Positions 1 to 7,585 of a stretch of DNA of 64,000 bases are shown here, one piece after another. The notes under the pieces were generated by a model, which was not told the origin of the DNA, did no database searches, and saw only the letters and a list, made by a program, of their open reading frames with translations. Where the stretch lies: the NCBI GenBank assembly GCA_041651095.1, contig JBAZJV010000005.1, forward strand, positions 1,160-65,159. The letters run 5' to 3'. Each line of letters opens with the position of its first letter. The stretch's first letter is position 1. Made by a program: the position numbers and the translations under genes. Source of the DNA: Patescibacteria group bacterium. GTDB taxonomy: Bacteria; Patescibacteriota; Patescibacteriia; Patescibacteriales; UBA12465.

Positions 1-1
1 A

Positions 2-514
2 AAGCCAAACTATCCCGTTGGCGATGACAACCAGCCGACTTTTACTGCACCAGCCAATAAACCAGATATCGAATGTTTCTATAATTCTTTCAACGGAGTT
101 TGCGAAGTCACAATGCTGACTAATCGTGCTCAGTGGATGCAAGAAGGCCAGCCGGTAATGAGGCATCTTAGAGACTTTGAAGATGTTAATAACGGCAAAG
201 AAACTTATTGCTTATTCGTAGCACCAGCTTTACATAGAGACACAATAAATACCTTTTGGAACGCGGTTAAATATGAGTATGAGGGCCGTAAGCAAAGAAT
301 CATACCACTAACAATAAACGAATTAACAAAATTATTGGAGGCGATAATCGCCATAAAAGATCGCGGCCAAAGACTAGACCATCGCCAATTGATGAGTCTC
401 TACGATTCCATTATTAATTTAACCAATACGGCTGCCAGTTCCGATGTTTGGACTTCTCAGATACCAGGCGTTGTCGAGCAATGGTCGCGTGAGGTTTTAG
501 CTGCGAACGTATGA
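2..514 (+). CDS. putative type II restriction endonuclease, C-terminal part (5' end outside the window)
   Basis: The frame is open from the window edge (KPNYPVGDDNQPTF...). Its stop overlaps the start of the adjacent DNA methyltransferase by 4 nt (ATGA 511-514), the usual R-M operon layout. Enzyme family not recognised from memory. Confidence 0.5.
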   Translation, partial: KPNYPVGDDNQPTFTAPANKPDIECFYNSFNGVCEVTMLTNRAQWMQEGQPVMRHLRDFEDVNNGKETYCLFVAPALHRDTINTFWNAVKYEYEGRKQRIIPLTINELTKLLEAIIAIKDRGQRLDHRQLMSLYDSIINLTNTAASSDVWTSQIPGVVEQWSREVLAANV

Positions 515-1284
515 AATTAAATACTATCTACAAAGGCGACTGCCGCACAATACTCAATAAAGAAATTCCCGAAGAAAGCGTGGATTTGATTTTTGCTGAT
601 CCGCCGTACAATCTTTCCGGAAACGGGCTCAAGTGGATGGGCAACAAAACCGGCGGCGACTGGTTTATGGTGAATGAAAAATGGGACCAGATGTCGGAAT
701 CCGAATATTTGAAATTTACTAAAGAATGGCTGGAAGCATGCAAAAGGGTCTTGAAACCGACTGGGAGCATTTATATCTCATGCACTTACCACAATATCGG
801 CGAATTGATCATGGCTCTAAAGGCACTTGGTTTTACGCCTCGCAACATCATCACTTGGCATAAAAACAACGCCATGCCTAGCATGACCAGACGCACCTTT
901 ACTCACTCATGCGAGTATGTCCTGTTTTTCTCCAAAGGCAAAAAATGGGTATTCAATTATGCAGACATCAAAAAAATAAATCCTGATAAAGCAAAAGACG
1001 GGTCAGAAAAGCAAATGCGCGATTTATGGATTATGCCGGTGGTCCAGGGCAAAGAAAGAGTTAGGGATAAAACCGGCCGCGCCGCTCACCCAACACAGAA
1101 ACCGGAAAACTTATTGGAAAGAGTTATATTGGCAAGCAGTAATAAAGGTGATGTCGTTCTTGATCCTTTTCTTGGGAGCGGTACTACCGCTGTTATTGCA
1201 AAAAAACTTGGAAGAAAATGGATAGGAGTTGAAACGGAAAATAAGTACATAAAGGTTGCAGAAAAAAGAATTAAAGAGGTTTGA
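511..1284 (+). CDS. DNA methyltransferase, beta-class N6-adenine/N4-cytosine type
   Basis: 257 aa. Motif IV FADPPYN lies near the N-terminus and motif I DPFLGSGTT near the C-terminus (beta-class order). HPTQKP block present. The start overlaps the upstream ORF stop. Confidence 0.9.
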   Translation: MKLNTIYKGDCRTILNKEIPEESVDLIFADPPYNLSGNGLKWMGNKTGGDWFMVNEKWDQMSESEYLKFTKEWLEACKRVLKPTGSIYISCTYHNIGELIMALKALGFTPRNIITWHKNNAMPSMTRRTFTHSCEYVLFFSKGKKWVFNYADIKKINPDKAKDGSEKQMRDLWIMPVVQGKERVRDKTGRAAHPTQKPENLLERVILASSNKGDVVLDPFLGSGTTAVIAKKLGRKWIGVETENKYIKVAEKRIKEV

Positions 1285-1372
1285 TTTCCGTCAACTTCTT
1301 GTCAGCTTTTGTCAAAAAATTTCGCCAAAAAATCAACAAAATCTACAATTATTCCCAATCCCTCCTTCCCCC

Positions 1373-1401
1373 TTGACTTTCGGTTTTGTTTCGGTTATAA
1401 T
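1373..1401 (+). promoter_or_regulatory. sigma70-type promoter of lexA (TTGACT-17-TATAAT)
   Basis: -35 TTGACT at 1373-1378, 17-nt spacer, -10 TATAAT at 1396-1401. The spacer carries the direct repeat TTTCGGTT at 1378-1385 and 1389-1396. Confidence 0.6.
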
Positions 1402-1431
1402 ATAAGCATAATAATATTAAGCCCCAATAAT

Positions 1432-2058
1432 ATGACTACGCTCACCAAAAAGCAGGCGCAGATCCGCGATTATATCGCGGACTACACGGCCGAGCACGGC
1501 TATGCTCCGTCGCTCACCGAAATCCGGGATAAATTCGGAATTTCGACCGTTTCCACCATTCACGAGCACATCGCCAATCTGGTGGATAAAGGCATCCTCA
1601 AGAAAGCTAAGGGCGTCGCCCGCAGCCTGGAGCTGGTTAAGTTGAAGATGAACAGCAACCTGATGGCCGTACCCTTGGTCGGCGTGATCACCGCCGGCAA
1701 ACCCATAGAGGCCGTGGAGATTCCGGACGAGGTCGTGGAAATCGCCAAGGATAAGCGCTTCCAGGACGGCGAGCTCTACGCTCTCAAGGTCCGCGGCAAT
1801 TCCATGATCGGCGACGGCATTTTCGACGGCGACTTCGCCATCATCAAGAAGCAGGACTGGGCCGAGGACGGCGATACCGCCGTCGCGGTCATTGACGACA
1901 ACGAAGCCACGCTCAAGAAATTCTATAAGGAAAAAGGCCGCATCCGCTTGCAGCCGGCTAACCCCACCTTCGCCCCGATTTTCCGCAAGAAAGTAGAGAT
2001 CCGCGGCGTGGTCGTCAAGATCATCCGCGACCTGCACCGTAATTACGCGATGGCCTGA
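1432..2058 (+). CDS. lexA: LexA repressor (S24 self-cleaving peptidase)
   Basis: 208 aa from ATG 1432; the longer track ORF from 1309 would run through the promoter. N-terminal wHTH (APSLTEIRDKFGISTVSTIHEHI), Ala-Gly cleavage site (VITAGKP), Ser nucleophile in RGNSM and Lys in ATLKKF. Confidence 0.9.
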   Translation: MTTLTKKQAQIRDYIADYTAEHGYAPSLTEIRDKFGISTVSTIHEHIANLVDKGILKKAKGVARSLELVKLKMNSNLMAVPLVGVITAGKPIEAVEIPDEVVEIAKDKRFQDGELYALKVRGNSMIGDGIFDGDFAIIKKQDWAEDGDTAVAVIDDNEATLKKFYKEKGRIRLQPANPTFAPIFRKKVEIRGVVVKIIRDLHRNYAMA

Positions 2059-2078
2059 ATTTGAACGGTATACAAAAA

Positions 2079-2106
2079 CAGCCGCTGAAAATAGCGGCTG
2101 TTTTTT
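2079..2106. terminator. bidirectional intrinsic terminator between lexA and the SIMPL gene
   Basis: CAGCCGCT-gaaaat-AGCGGCTG stem-loop, preceded by an A-run and followed by T6. Confidence 0.8.
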
Positions 2107-2123
2107 ATATTGCTCTTCCCTAG

Positions 2124-2843
2124 TTATTTCACTCCGAAAGTCGCCTTGACCGTCACCATGACTTCCTTATCGATGCTGGAAGTGTCATAGGAGCCGTAAT
2201 CGGAAATTTCAATGGAGCCGACCGGCATCACCTGTACCACGCCCATATTGACGCCGCGCACCGTGTCCAAGGAGCGGCCGTCGCTTTCCGCGATAGCCGT
2301 CGCCCGGGCCTTGGCGTCCTTAATAGCATTCGGCAATAAGGAAACGCGCAGCTCCGGCAGCTTGGAATAATAGTATTCTACCGAGTTGGCCGAGAAGATG
2401 ATGTCTTTAGCCGCTATCTGGTCGCTGTTCTTGGCCAGCTCTTTCATCTTGTTCACGTCGTCGGACTTGATTTCGATATTCTGAGTCAGGTTATATTCCT
2501 TGGGCGCGTTGGCGTCGTTCTTATAGATCTCATGCATAAAGACCGGCGAGATCTCATACTTTCCTTTGAAGCCTTGAGCATCCAGGAAATCGCTGACTTT
2601 TTTCTCGTCAATTTTCATCTGGCTATAGCCGCCCTTGATGTTGTCACGAAAAGCGGTCCGGCTGAAATTGCCGGTCCAGCGGGCCTGGTCCGCGGTTACG
2701 GTCTGCTTGGCCGAGCCGGAGACCGAGATGACGTTATCCAGGTTCTTGACGGCAAAGAAGGTCCGCCCGACGACCGCCGCCGCGATGATGATGCTCAAGC
2801 CCAAGATTAGGCCGAAAACCACCGATTTGTTGGAATTCTCCAT
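2124..2843 (-). CDS. SIMPL/DUF541-family protein (membrane-anchored, periplasmic-type)
   Basis: 239 aa. N-terminal hydrophobic anchor (VVFGLILGLSIIIAAAVV). The overall pattern resembles the 26-kDa periplasmic immunogenic protein/SIMPL family (recognised by eye). Confidence 0.7.
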   Translation of the reverse strand: MENSNKSVVFGLILGLSIIIAAAVVGRTFFAVKNLDNVISVSGSAKQTVTADQARWTGNFSRTAFRDNIKGGYSQMKIDEKKVSDFLDAQGFKGKYEISPVFMHEIYKNDANAPKEYNLTQNIEIKSDDVNKMKELAKNSDQIAAKDIIFSANSVEYYYSKLPELRVSLLPNAIKDAKARATAIAESDGRSLDTVRGVNMGVVQVMPVGSIEISDYGSYDTSSIDKEVMVTVKATFGVK

Positions 2844-2869
2844 ATTTTTTAATCTAATTAATTAATTCT

Positions 2870-2901
2870 TTATTATTATAGCACATTATTATTATAGCAC
2901 A
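2870..2901 (-). promoter_or_regulatory. perfect 16-bp tandem duplication carrying two extended -10 boxes (TGTGCTATAAT) upstream of the SIMPL gene
   Basis: Plus strand reads TTATTATTATAGCACA twice (2870-2885, 2886-2901). The minus strand reads TGTGCTATAATAATAA twice, i.e. TGnTATAAT. It lies between the Fic stop (2902) and the SIMPL start (2843). Confidence 0.5.
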
Positions 2902-4095
2902 TTATTTATGAACCGTCCGTTCTTTTTTCCTGGCTGATCGAAAGCTTTCATCGAATATTTCATAGTAATCGCCATAAATATATTTCTGTCCATAACTCTC
3001 CTCTCCTAAAGGCTCCAGAATTTTCATCCCTCTTAAACGGTCTATGACCTTATAGGCGCCGGGTGCCGTAAAACCGGACCATCTGGCTATTTCGGCTACG
3101 CCGACAATCGGCTGACTGAATAATTTGCGAATTATTTCCAGGGTCGGGGCGGCGGCTCGCGCGCCCAGCTGCTGGGCCTTGGCAAAGTCCCGGTCTCGCA
3201 AACTGGTGATCTGGGCGCAAGTTTCTATGGCCGACTGGGCTATTTCCGCCACTCCTTCCAGAAAAAAATCAAGCCAGGCGGCGACTTGCGCCTCTTCCTC
3301 GTGATAGGCCTGCAATTTCTGGTAATATAATTTTTGATATTTCTTAAAATAGCTGGATAAATATAAGACTGGCAAATCCAGCAAGCCGGCATGATGGATG
3401 AACAAAGCAATCAGCATCCGTCCGGTCCGGCCGTTACCGTCGGTAAAAGGATGGATAGTTTCAAACTGAGCATGCAGCAGCCCGGCCTTCACCAAAGACG
3501 GATAATCATCGGCGGCATGGATGAATCGCTCCAGGTCGTTAAGAGCCACTTGCATATCAGCCGGCGGCGGCGGGACAAAAGCGGCGTCGGACGGAGTCTT
3601 GCCGCCGATCCAATTCTGCGAACGGCGAAATTCACCCGGATAAGCGTGCTGGGTGGCTCTGGCGCCTTGCATTAATTTAGCATGGACTTCGCGTATCAAT
3701 CTTAAAGATATCGGCAAATCCTTAATCCGATCAGTGCCGTAATTTACGGCTTCCACATAGTGCAGGATATCATCAACATCCGGAGCCAACCTGGACTTTT
3801 CTTCCGTCACTGCTTCGGCGATAACATCCTGTAAGGTCGCTTTTGTGCCCTCGATCTGGCTGGAATAAGCGGCGTCTTTCTTGATGAACATTAACAGAAA
3901 AAAATCTTTATCCGGCAAAAGGCGGGTAATGCCGTCTAATTTGCCGACCAGCCTGATCGCTTCTTCATGTTTCTTATGCAGTTTCGAGGAAATAAAAATA
4001 CCCTCTTGAGGAGGAAAGGGATAAGGAATAAAAGCCGGATAACCGTTCTTTTGCTGGATATAGCGGCCGATTTTTATTTTGTTTATATCTTCCAT
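2902..4095 (-). CDS. Fic-family protein (AMPylase type) with N-terminal Fic_N region and C-terminal wHTH
   Basis: 397 aa. Canonical Fic motif HPFTDGNGRTGR. Upstream inhibitory-helix-type motif SSQIEG ([ST]xxxE[GN]). C-terminal HTH-like segment (VGVAEIARWSGFTAPGAYKVIDRL). Confidence 0.9.
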   Translation of the reverse strand: MEDINKIKIGRYIQQKNGYPAFIPYPFPPQEGIFISSKLHKKHEEAIRLVGKLDGITRLLPDKDFFLLMFIKKDAAYSSQIEGTKATLQDVIAEAVTEEKSRLAPDVDDILHYVEAVNYGTDRIKDLPISLRLIREVHAKLMQGARATQHAYPGEFRRSQNWIGGKTPSDAAFVPPPPADMQVALNDLERFIHAADDYPSLVKAGLLHAQFETIHPFTDGNGRTGRMLIALFIHHAGLLDLPVLYLSSYFKKYQKLYYQKLQAYHEEEAQVAAWLDFFLEGVAEIAQSAIETCAQITSLRDRDFAKAQQLGARAAAPTLEIIRKLFSQPIVGVAEIARWSGFTAPGAYKVIDRLRGMKILEPLGEESYGQKYIYGDYYEIFDESFRSARKKERTVHK

Positions 4096-4169
4096 ATTAA
4101 TATAAACATAATAGCATAGTTTGTTTATATTTACAAGACTGATACAAACAAACTATTAAACAGCTAAAA

Positions 4170-5045
4170 TTAAACAAGATTTAAACGGTCATTAATCTCG
4201 TCCACCGAGCCATGAAAAGCGCCTTTCCCTTCCAAGGACATCGTGGCGGCCATAGCCGCAAAGCGCCCCTGTTCTGCTGGATCTTCGAACAACTCCCTGG
4301 CCCGCAAGAAAGCGGCCATATAGGTATCGCCGGCGCCAGTCGTATCTGCCAGCTGTCGCGGCGGGAAAGCCGGAATGCGGTAATAATCATGGCCGATGAA
4401 CAAATGCGAGCCCAGCGAGCCTTCGGTAATGATCAGATTCTTCAATCCTTTAGCTTGCAAAAAGCGGGCGGCCTCCATGATATTGTTTCGCCCGGAAACG
4501 AAATAGGCTTCTTCGCGATCTAGAAACAAATAATTCAAGAACGGCAGGACGCGGTGCAGATTCTCTGGATTCTGGCGGACCATTTTCCCGTTTTCGCTGT
4601 AGGTAAACATCCCGAAGTTGTCCATCGCCGTCAATTTATGGCTCAGCCGTTTGAATAGATTAAAATCTATATCGTCATGGAATAGCGGACCGAAGATTAT
4701 CCAATCGAAGTGTTCCAACACCGCCAACAATTCCTCTGTCGCGACTATTGGATTGGAATACGGCTCGATAAAGCTATCACGGACGTCGGGATTATTGCTT
4801 GAATAAGCGATATTAGAAATCAGCGTATGGTCGGCGGGCAGGAAATTAACAGCTAGGTCGGAAAAATTTTCTTTCACCCAGTCCTTGTCCTCAACGCCGC
4901 AAGCGACATAGGGCGCGACTTCCTGGGCGCCCAAAGCCTGGAGCGCCCGGCCGACATAATAGGGAATGCCGCCGATCTGGACAGAAAGTCGACCGTCTAT
5001 TTTGACTTTATCTTTGGCGATCGGGCCTAAGATAGCTGCGGTCAT
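4170..5045 (-). CDS. PfkB-family carbohydrate/nucleoside kinase
   Basis: 291 aa. C-terminal DTTGAGDTYMAAFL (PfkB signature 2 with the catalytic Asp) and N-terminal GG-containing motif (IGGIPYYVGRAL). Confidence 0.85.
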   Translation of the reverse strand: MTAAILGPIAKDKVKIDGRLSVQIGGIPYYVGRALQALGAQEVAPYVACGVEDKDWVKENFSDLAVNFLPADHTLISNIAYSSNNPDVRDSFIEPYSNPIVATEELLAVLEHFDWIIFGPLFHDDIDFNLFKRLSHKLTAMDNFGMFTYSENGKMVRQNPENLHRVLPFLNYLFLDREEAYFVSGRNNIMEAARFLQAKGLKNLIITEGSLGSHLFIGHDYYRIPAFPPRQLADTTGAGDTYMAAFLRARELFEDPAEQGRFAAMAATMSLEGKGAFHGSVDEINDRLNLV

Positions 5046-5050
5046 AAATA

Positions 5051-5971
5051 TTATTTTTCTACTTCTACCGTCCGGCCTTTGGCGGTCGCGCTGATCCCCT
5101 GCCCGTCCGCCGGATCGACCTTGAAACTAATGCTTTCGCAATTCTTCATGGTCTCACCGAAATTTTCTTGCAGGAAGTGCAAGAAAGAATTCTCATGGCT
5201 GAAAGCCAGGACCTTGATATTTTTCTCCGGACCCTGCTCATTTATTTTCTGCTGGCCGAAGCGGATGAGCCGCATCATGTCTTTGAACTTAGTGTCATAG
5301 GCAGCCTTAGCCGATTTAACGGCCGGGAAAATTTTCTCTATTTCCGCAGAATGAGCAGCGTAGTTGTTGCCCCAGCTGCCTTTATCATCCGCTTCGATTA
5401 TCTGCCTGGCCTCGCGCCATTTCTGTCGCGTTTCTCCAGAGACTGTCGCCGTATCTTTCACGACTTCTTTTAAGATGTCTCGATTGGACGCGAAAACGAA
5501 TTCCTGCAGCATATTCTCCAGATGGTCTAACGTCAAGCTGTCTATTTTCCGGATATTGCCCTCGCCTATCTCCTCCGCTTTGTCGCGATAATTGCCGGCT
5601 ACGGCTTTCTCTCGCGGCTTGATAATCTCAAAGCCTCTGGCTCGCGCCTCGTCCAGATAAATCTTGGCCGTTTCCGCCGCCCGGACCAGATCGCTGGAAA
5701 CGAAAAACAAGGCGTCTTTGGCCGGATCGAGACGATTGAAAAACTCCTTGGCCTTTTCTTGCGCCAGTTTGAGGCCTTCCGGCGTCAGATCAGAATTGAA
5801 CCACTGCTTATCGGCGCTCGGCCTGGCTTCCGGATAATCTGAGCGAATAATGCTTTCATTCAGCTTATACTCCGCCAAGCTGTGCCGGGTGGCAAAAAAT
5901 TCGTCCTGATGGTCATCAGATCTTTTCTGGGCGTTGCCGGTTTCCAGATTGGCATTTTCAAATTTAGCCAT
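5051..5971 (-). CDS. histidine-phosphatase-superfamily (PGAM-like) protein, divergent, with a large insertion
   Basis: 306 aa. RH in FATRHSLAEY, LTPEGLKLAQEKA (like LTxxGxxQA), VSSDLVRAAETA (like SSPLxRAxQTA) and late FSHENSF (second His). Lies 5 nt upstream of the PfkB kinase gene. Confidence 0.55.
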   Translation of the reverse strand: MAKFENANLETGNAQKRSDDHQDEFFATRHSLAEYKLNESIIRSDYPEARPSADKQWFNSDLTPEGLKLAQEKAKEFFNRLDPAKDALFFVSSDLVRAAETAKIYLDEARARGFEIIKPREKAVAGNYRDKAEEIGEGNIRKIDSLTLDHLENMLQEFVFASNRDILKEVVKDTATVSGETRQKWREARQIIEADDKGSWGNNYAAHSAEIEKIFPAVKSAKAAYDTKFKDMMRLIRFGQQKINEQGPEKNIKVLAFSHENSFLHFLQENFGETMKNCESISFKVDPADGQGISATAKGRTVEVEK

Positions 5972-6018
5972 ATTGTTATAGTTATTATTTAATTTTACCT
6001 TAAAAACAACGAGAAATC

Positions 6019-6047
6019 AAAAAACGGGCCTAAATGGTCCGTTTTTT
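6019..6047. terminator. intrinsic terminator downstream of trpB (hairpin flanked by A- and T-runs)
   Basis: ACGGGCC-taaat-GGTCCGT, with A6 upstream and T6 downstream on the plus strand. It reads as stem plus U-run on both strands. Confidence 0.7.
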
Positions 6048-6065
6048 GATTATCCCGCCCAATGA

Positions 6066-7289
6066 TTATAACCCCAACCTCTCCGCCACGTAATCGATGT
6101 CCTTATCGCCCCTCCCGGACAAATTCACGATGATAATTTCGTCCTTCCCTAGCTTAGGCGCAAACTTTATGGCGTGCGCCAAGGCGTGCGCGCTTTCTAA
6201 AGCCGGAATGATGCCCTCTACCTTAGACAACAATTGGAAGGCCTCAAGCGCCTCCTGGTCGCTGGCCGTGACATACTCTACCCGGCCGCAGTCTTTGAGA
6301 TCGGAATGTATCGGCCCCACGCCCGGATAATCCAAACCGGAAGCGATGGAATGCACCGGCAAAGGTTCGCCTTGCTCATCCTGCAATAAATAGGTGAACA
6401 TGCCGTGGATATTGCCCGGCTGCCCCATGGTGAGCGTGGCGGCGTGCTCGCCCGGCTTGAAGCTCCGGCCGCTCGGCTCCACGCCGATCATCTTGACGTA
6501 GTAATCCGTTAGAAATTCGTTGAACAGGCCGATGGCGTTGGAACCGCCGCCCACGCAAGCAATGAGATAGTCCGGCAAGCGGCCGGCCTGTTCCAGGATC
6601 TGCACCCTGGCTTCCCTGCCGACCACGGATTGGAAATCGCGCACCATCATCGGGAACGGATGCGGACCCACGACCGAACCGATGCCGAAAAAAATATTTT
6701 GCGGATCCTGCACGAAAGCCATAAATGCACTATCGACCGCATCCTTCAAACAGCGGCCGCCCGCCTTGACGGCGACCACTTTGGCGCCTAAGAGCTGCAT
6801 GCGGATAACGTTCGGATGCTGCTTGGCGATATCGATTTCACCCATGTGGATCTCGCATTCAATGCCGACCAAAGCGGCCGCCGTGGCCAAAGCGACGCCG
6901 TGCTGGCCGGCGCCGGTTTCCGCTATCAACTTTTTCTTCCCCATGCGTTTAGCCAGTAGCGCCTCGCCCAAAGTATGATTGATCTTATGCGCGCCGGTGT
7001 GATTCAGGTCTTCCCGCTTCAGATATATTTTCGCCCCGCCTAAGCGTTCCGACAAATTCTTGGCATAGTATAGCGGCGACTGCCGACCCACATAGTCTTT
7101 CAGGAGCTGTTCATATTCCGCGCGGAAAGCCGGATCGGCCTGCGCTTTATGATACTCGACCGCGATCTCATCGAAGATCGGTTTCAGTTCCGGCGGAATT
7201 ATCTGTCCGCCGTACTTCCCAAAATAGCCGGCCGCGTCCGGCAAGGCCCGGAAAGCGACCTGGTCTTTAGTTTTAGTATTATTGTTCAT
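6066..7289 (-). CDS. trpB: tryptophan synthase beta chain
   Basis: 407 aa. PLP-lysine context [14 protein letters not shown], plus [16 protein letters not shown] and GLDYPGVGP blocks. No trpA adjacent. Confidence 0.95.
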   Translation of the reverse strand: MNNNTKTKDQVAFRALPDAAGYFGKYGGQIIPPELKPIFDEIAVEYHKAQADPAFRAEYEQLLKDYVGRQSPLYYAKNLSERLGGAKIYLKREDLNHTGAHKINHTLGEALLAKRMGKKKLIAETGAGQHGVALATAAALVGIECEIHMGEIDIAKQHPNVIRMQLLGAKVVAVKAGGRCLKDAVDSAFMAFVQDPQNIFFGIGSVVGPHPFPMMVRDFQSVVGREARVQILEQAGRLPDYLIACVGGGSNAIGLFNEFLTDYYVKMIGVEPSGRSFKPGEHAATLTMGQPGNIHGMFTYLLQDEQGEPLPVHSIASGLDYPGVGPIHSDLKDCGRVEYVTASDQEALEAFQLLSKVEGIIPALESAHALAHAIKFAPKLGKDEIIIVNLSGRGDKDIDYVAERLGL

Positions 7290-7402
7290 ATGATTATTAT
7301 TTAGTGATTAATCTTCAAGCACGCCGAAACCGGCGTTCTAATGGCGCCAGCGTTCAGTACAGCGATGATGGAAATAATAATGCATAAATAAATTGGATAA
7401 AT

Positions 7403-7438
7403 AAAAAACTGCCCTCTGTTAGTAAGACACTGGGCAGT
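7403..7438 (-). terminator. leader (attenuator) terminator upstream of trpB
   Basis: Minus strand: ACUGCCC-ag-UGU-cuuacua-ACA-ga-GGGCAGU followed by U6 (7408-7403). It sits about 115 nt before the trpB ATG and after a separate promoter. Confidence 0.65.
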
Positions 7439-7467
7439 TTAAGCAATGATAATACGACGCGAAAAGA

Positions 7468-7527
7468 CTACCCAATATCTTGGGCCGTCCACCAAGTCTG
7501 ATTCATGGCGTGCTGATACTGATTCAT
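7468..7527 (-). CDS. putative trp leader peptide MNQYQHAMNQTWWTAQDIG (tandem Trp codons)
   Basis: 19 codons plus TAG, read by eye (too short for the ORF track). TGG TGG at 7494-7489. No SD; the ATG lies only 6-9 nt after the -10 box (leaderless-like). The stop codon lies inside the antiterminator segment. Confidence 0.5.
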   Translation of the reverse strand: MNQYQHAMNQTWWTAQDIG

Positions 7528-7536
7528 AGTGGAATT

Positions 7537-7565
7537 ATAATAGCAAATTATATTAATATTGGCAA
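7537..7565 (-). promoter_or_regulatory. promoter of the trpB leader (TTGCCA-17-TATTAT, overlapping TATAAT)
   Basis: Minus strand: -35 TTGCCA at 7565-7560, 17-nt spacer, -10 TATTAT at 7542-7537. An alternative TATAAT lies at 7539-7534. Confidence 0.55.
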
Positions 7566-7585
7566 TAGATTTTAGGAAAGTAATT

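Noticed and set aside
1309-1431. Track start of the lexA ORF at 1309.
   Set aside because: It would place a perfect TTGACT-17-TATAAT promoter inside the coding region and add 41 non-homologous residues. ATG 1432 gives a canonical LexA N-terminus.
7290-7565. T-box riboswitch as the explanation for the terminator in the trpB leader.
   Set aside because: I looked for the conserved T-box sequence (AGGGUGGNACCGCG) and for specifier-loop/AG-bulge features on the minus strand and did not find them. The nearest match (UUGGUGGACGGCCC) is weak and lies inside the leader ORF. The leader-peptide attenuator explains the structure better.
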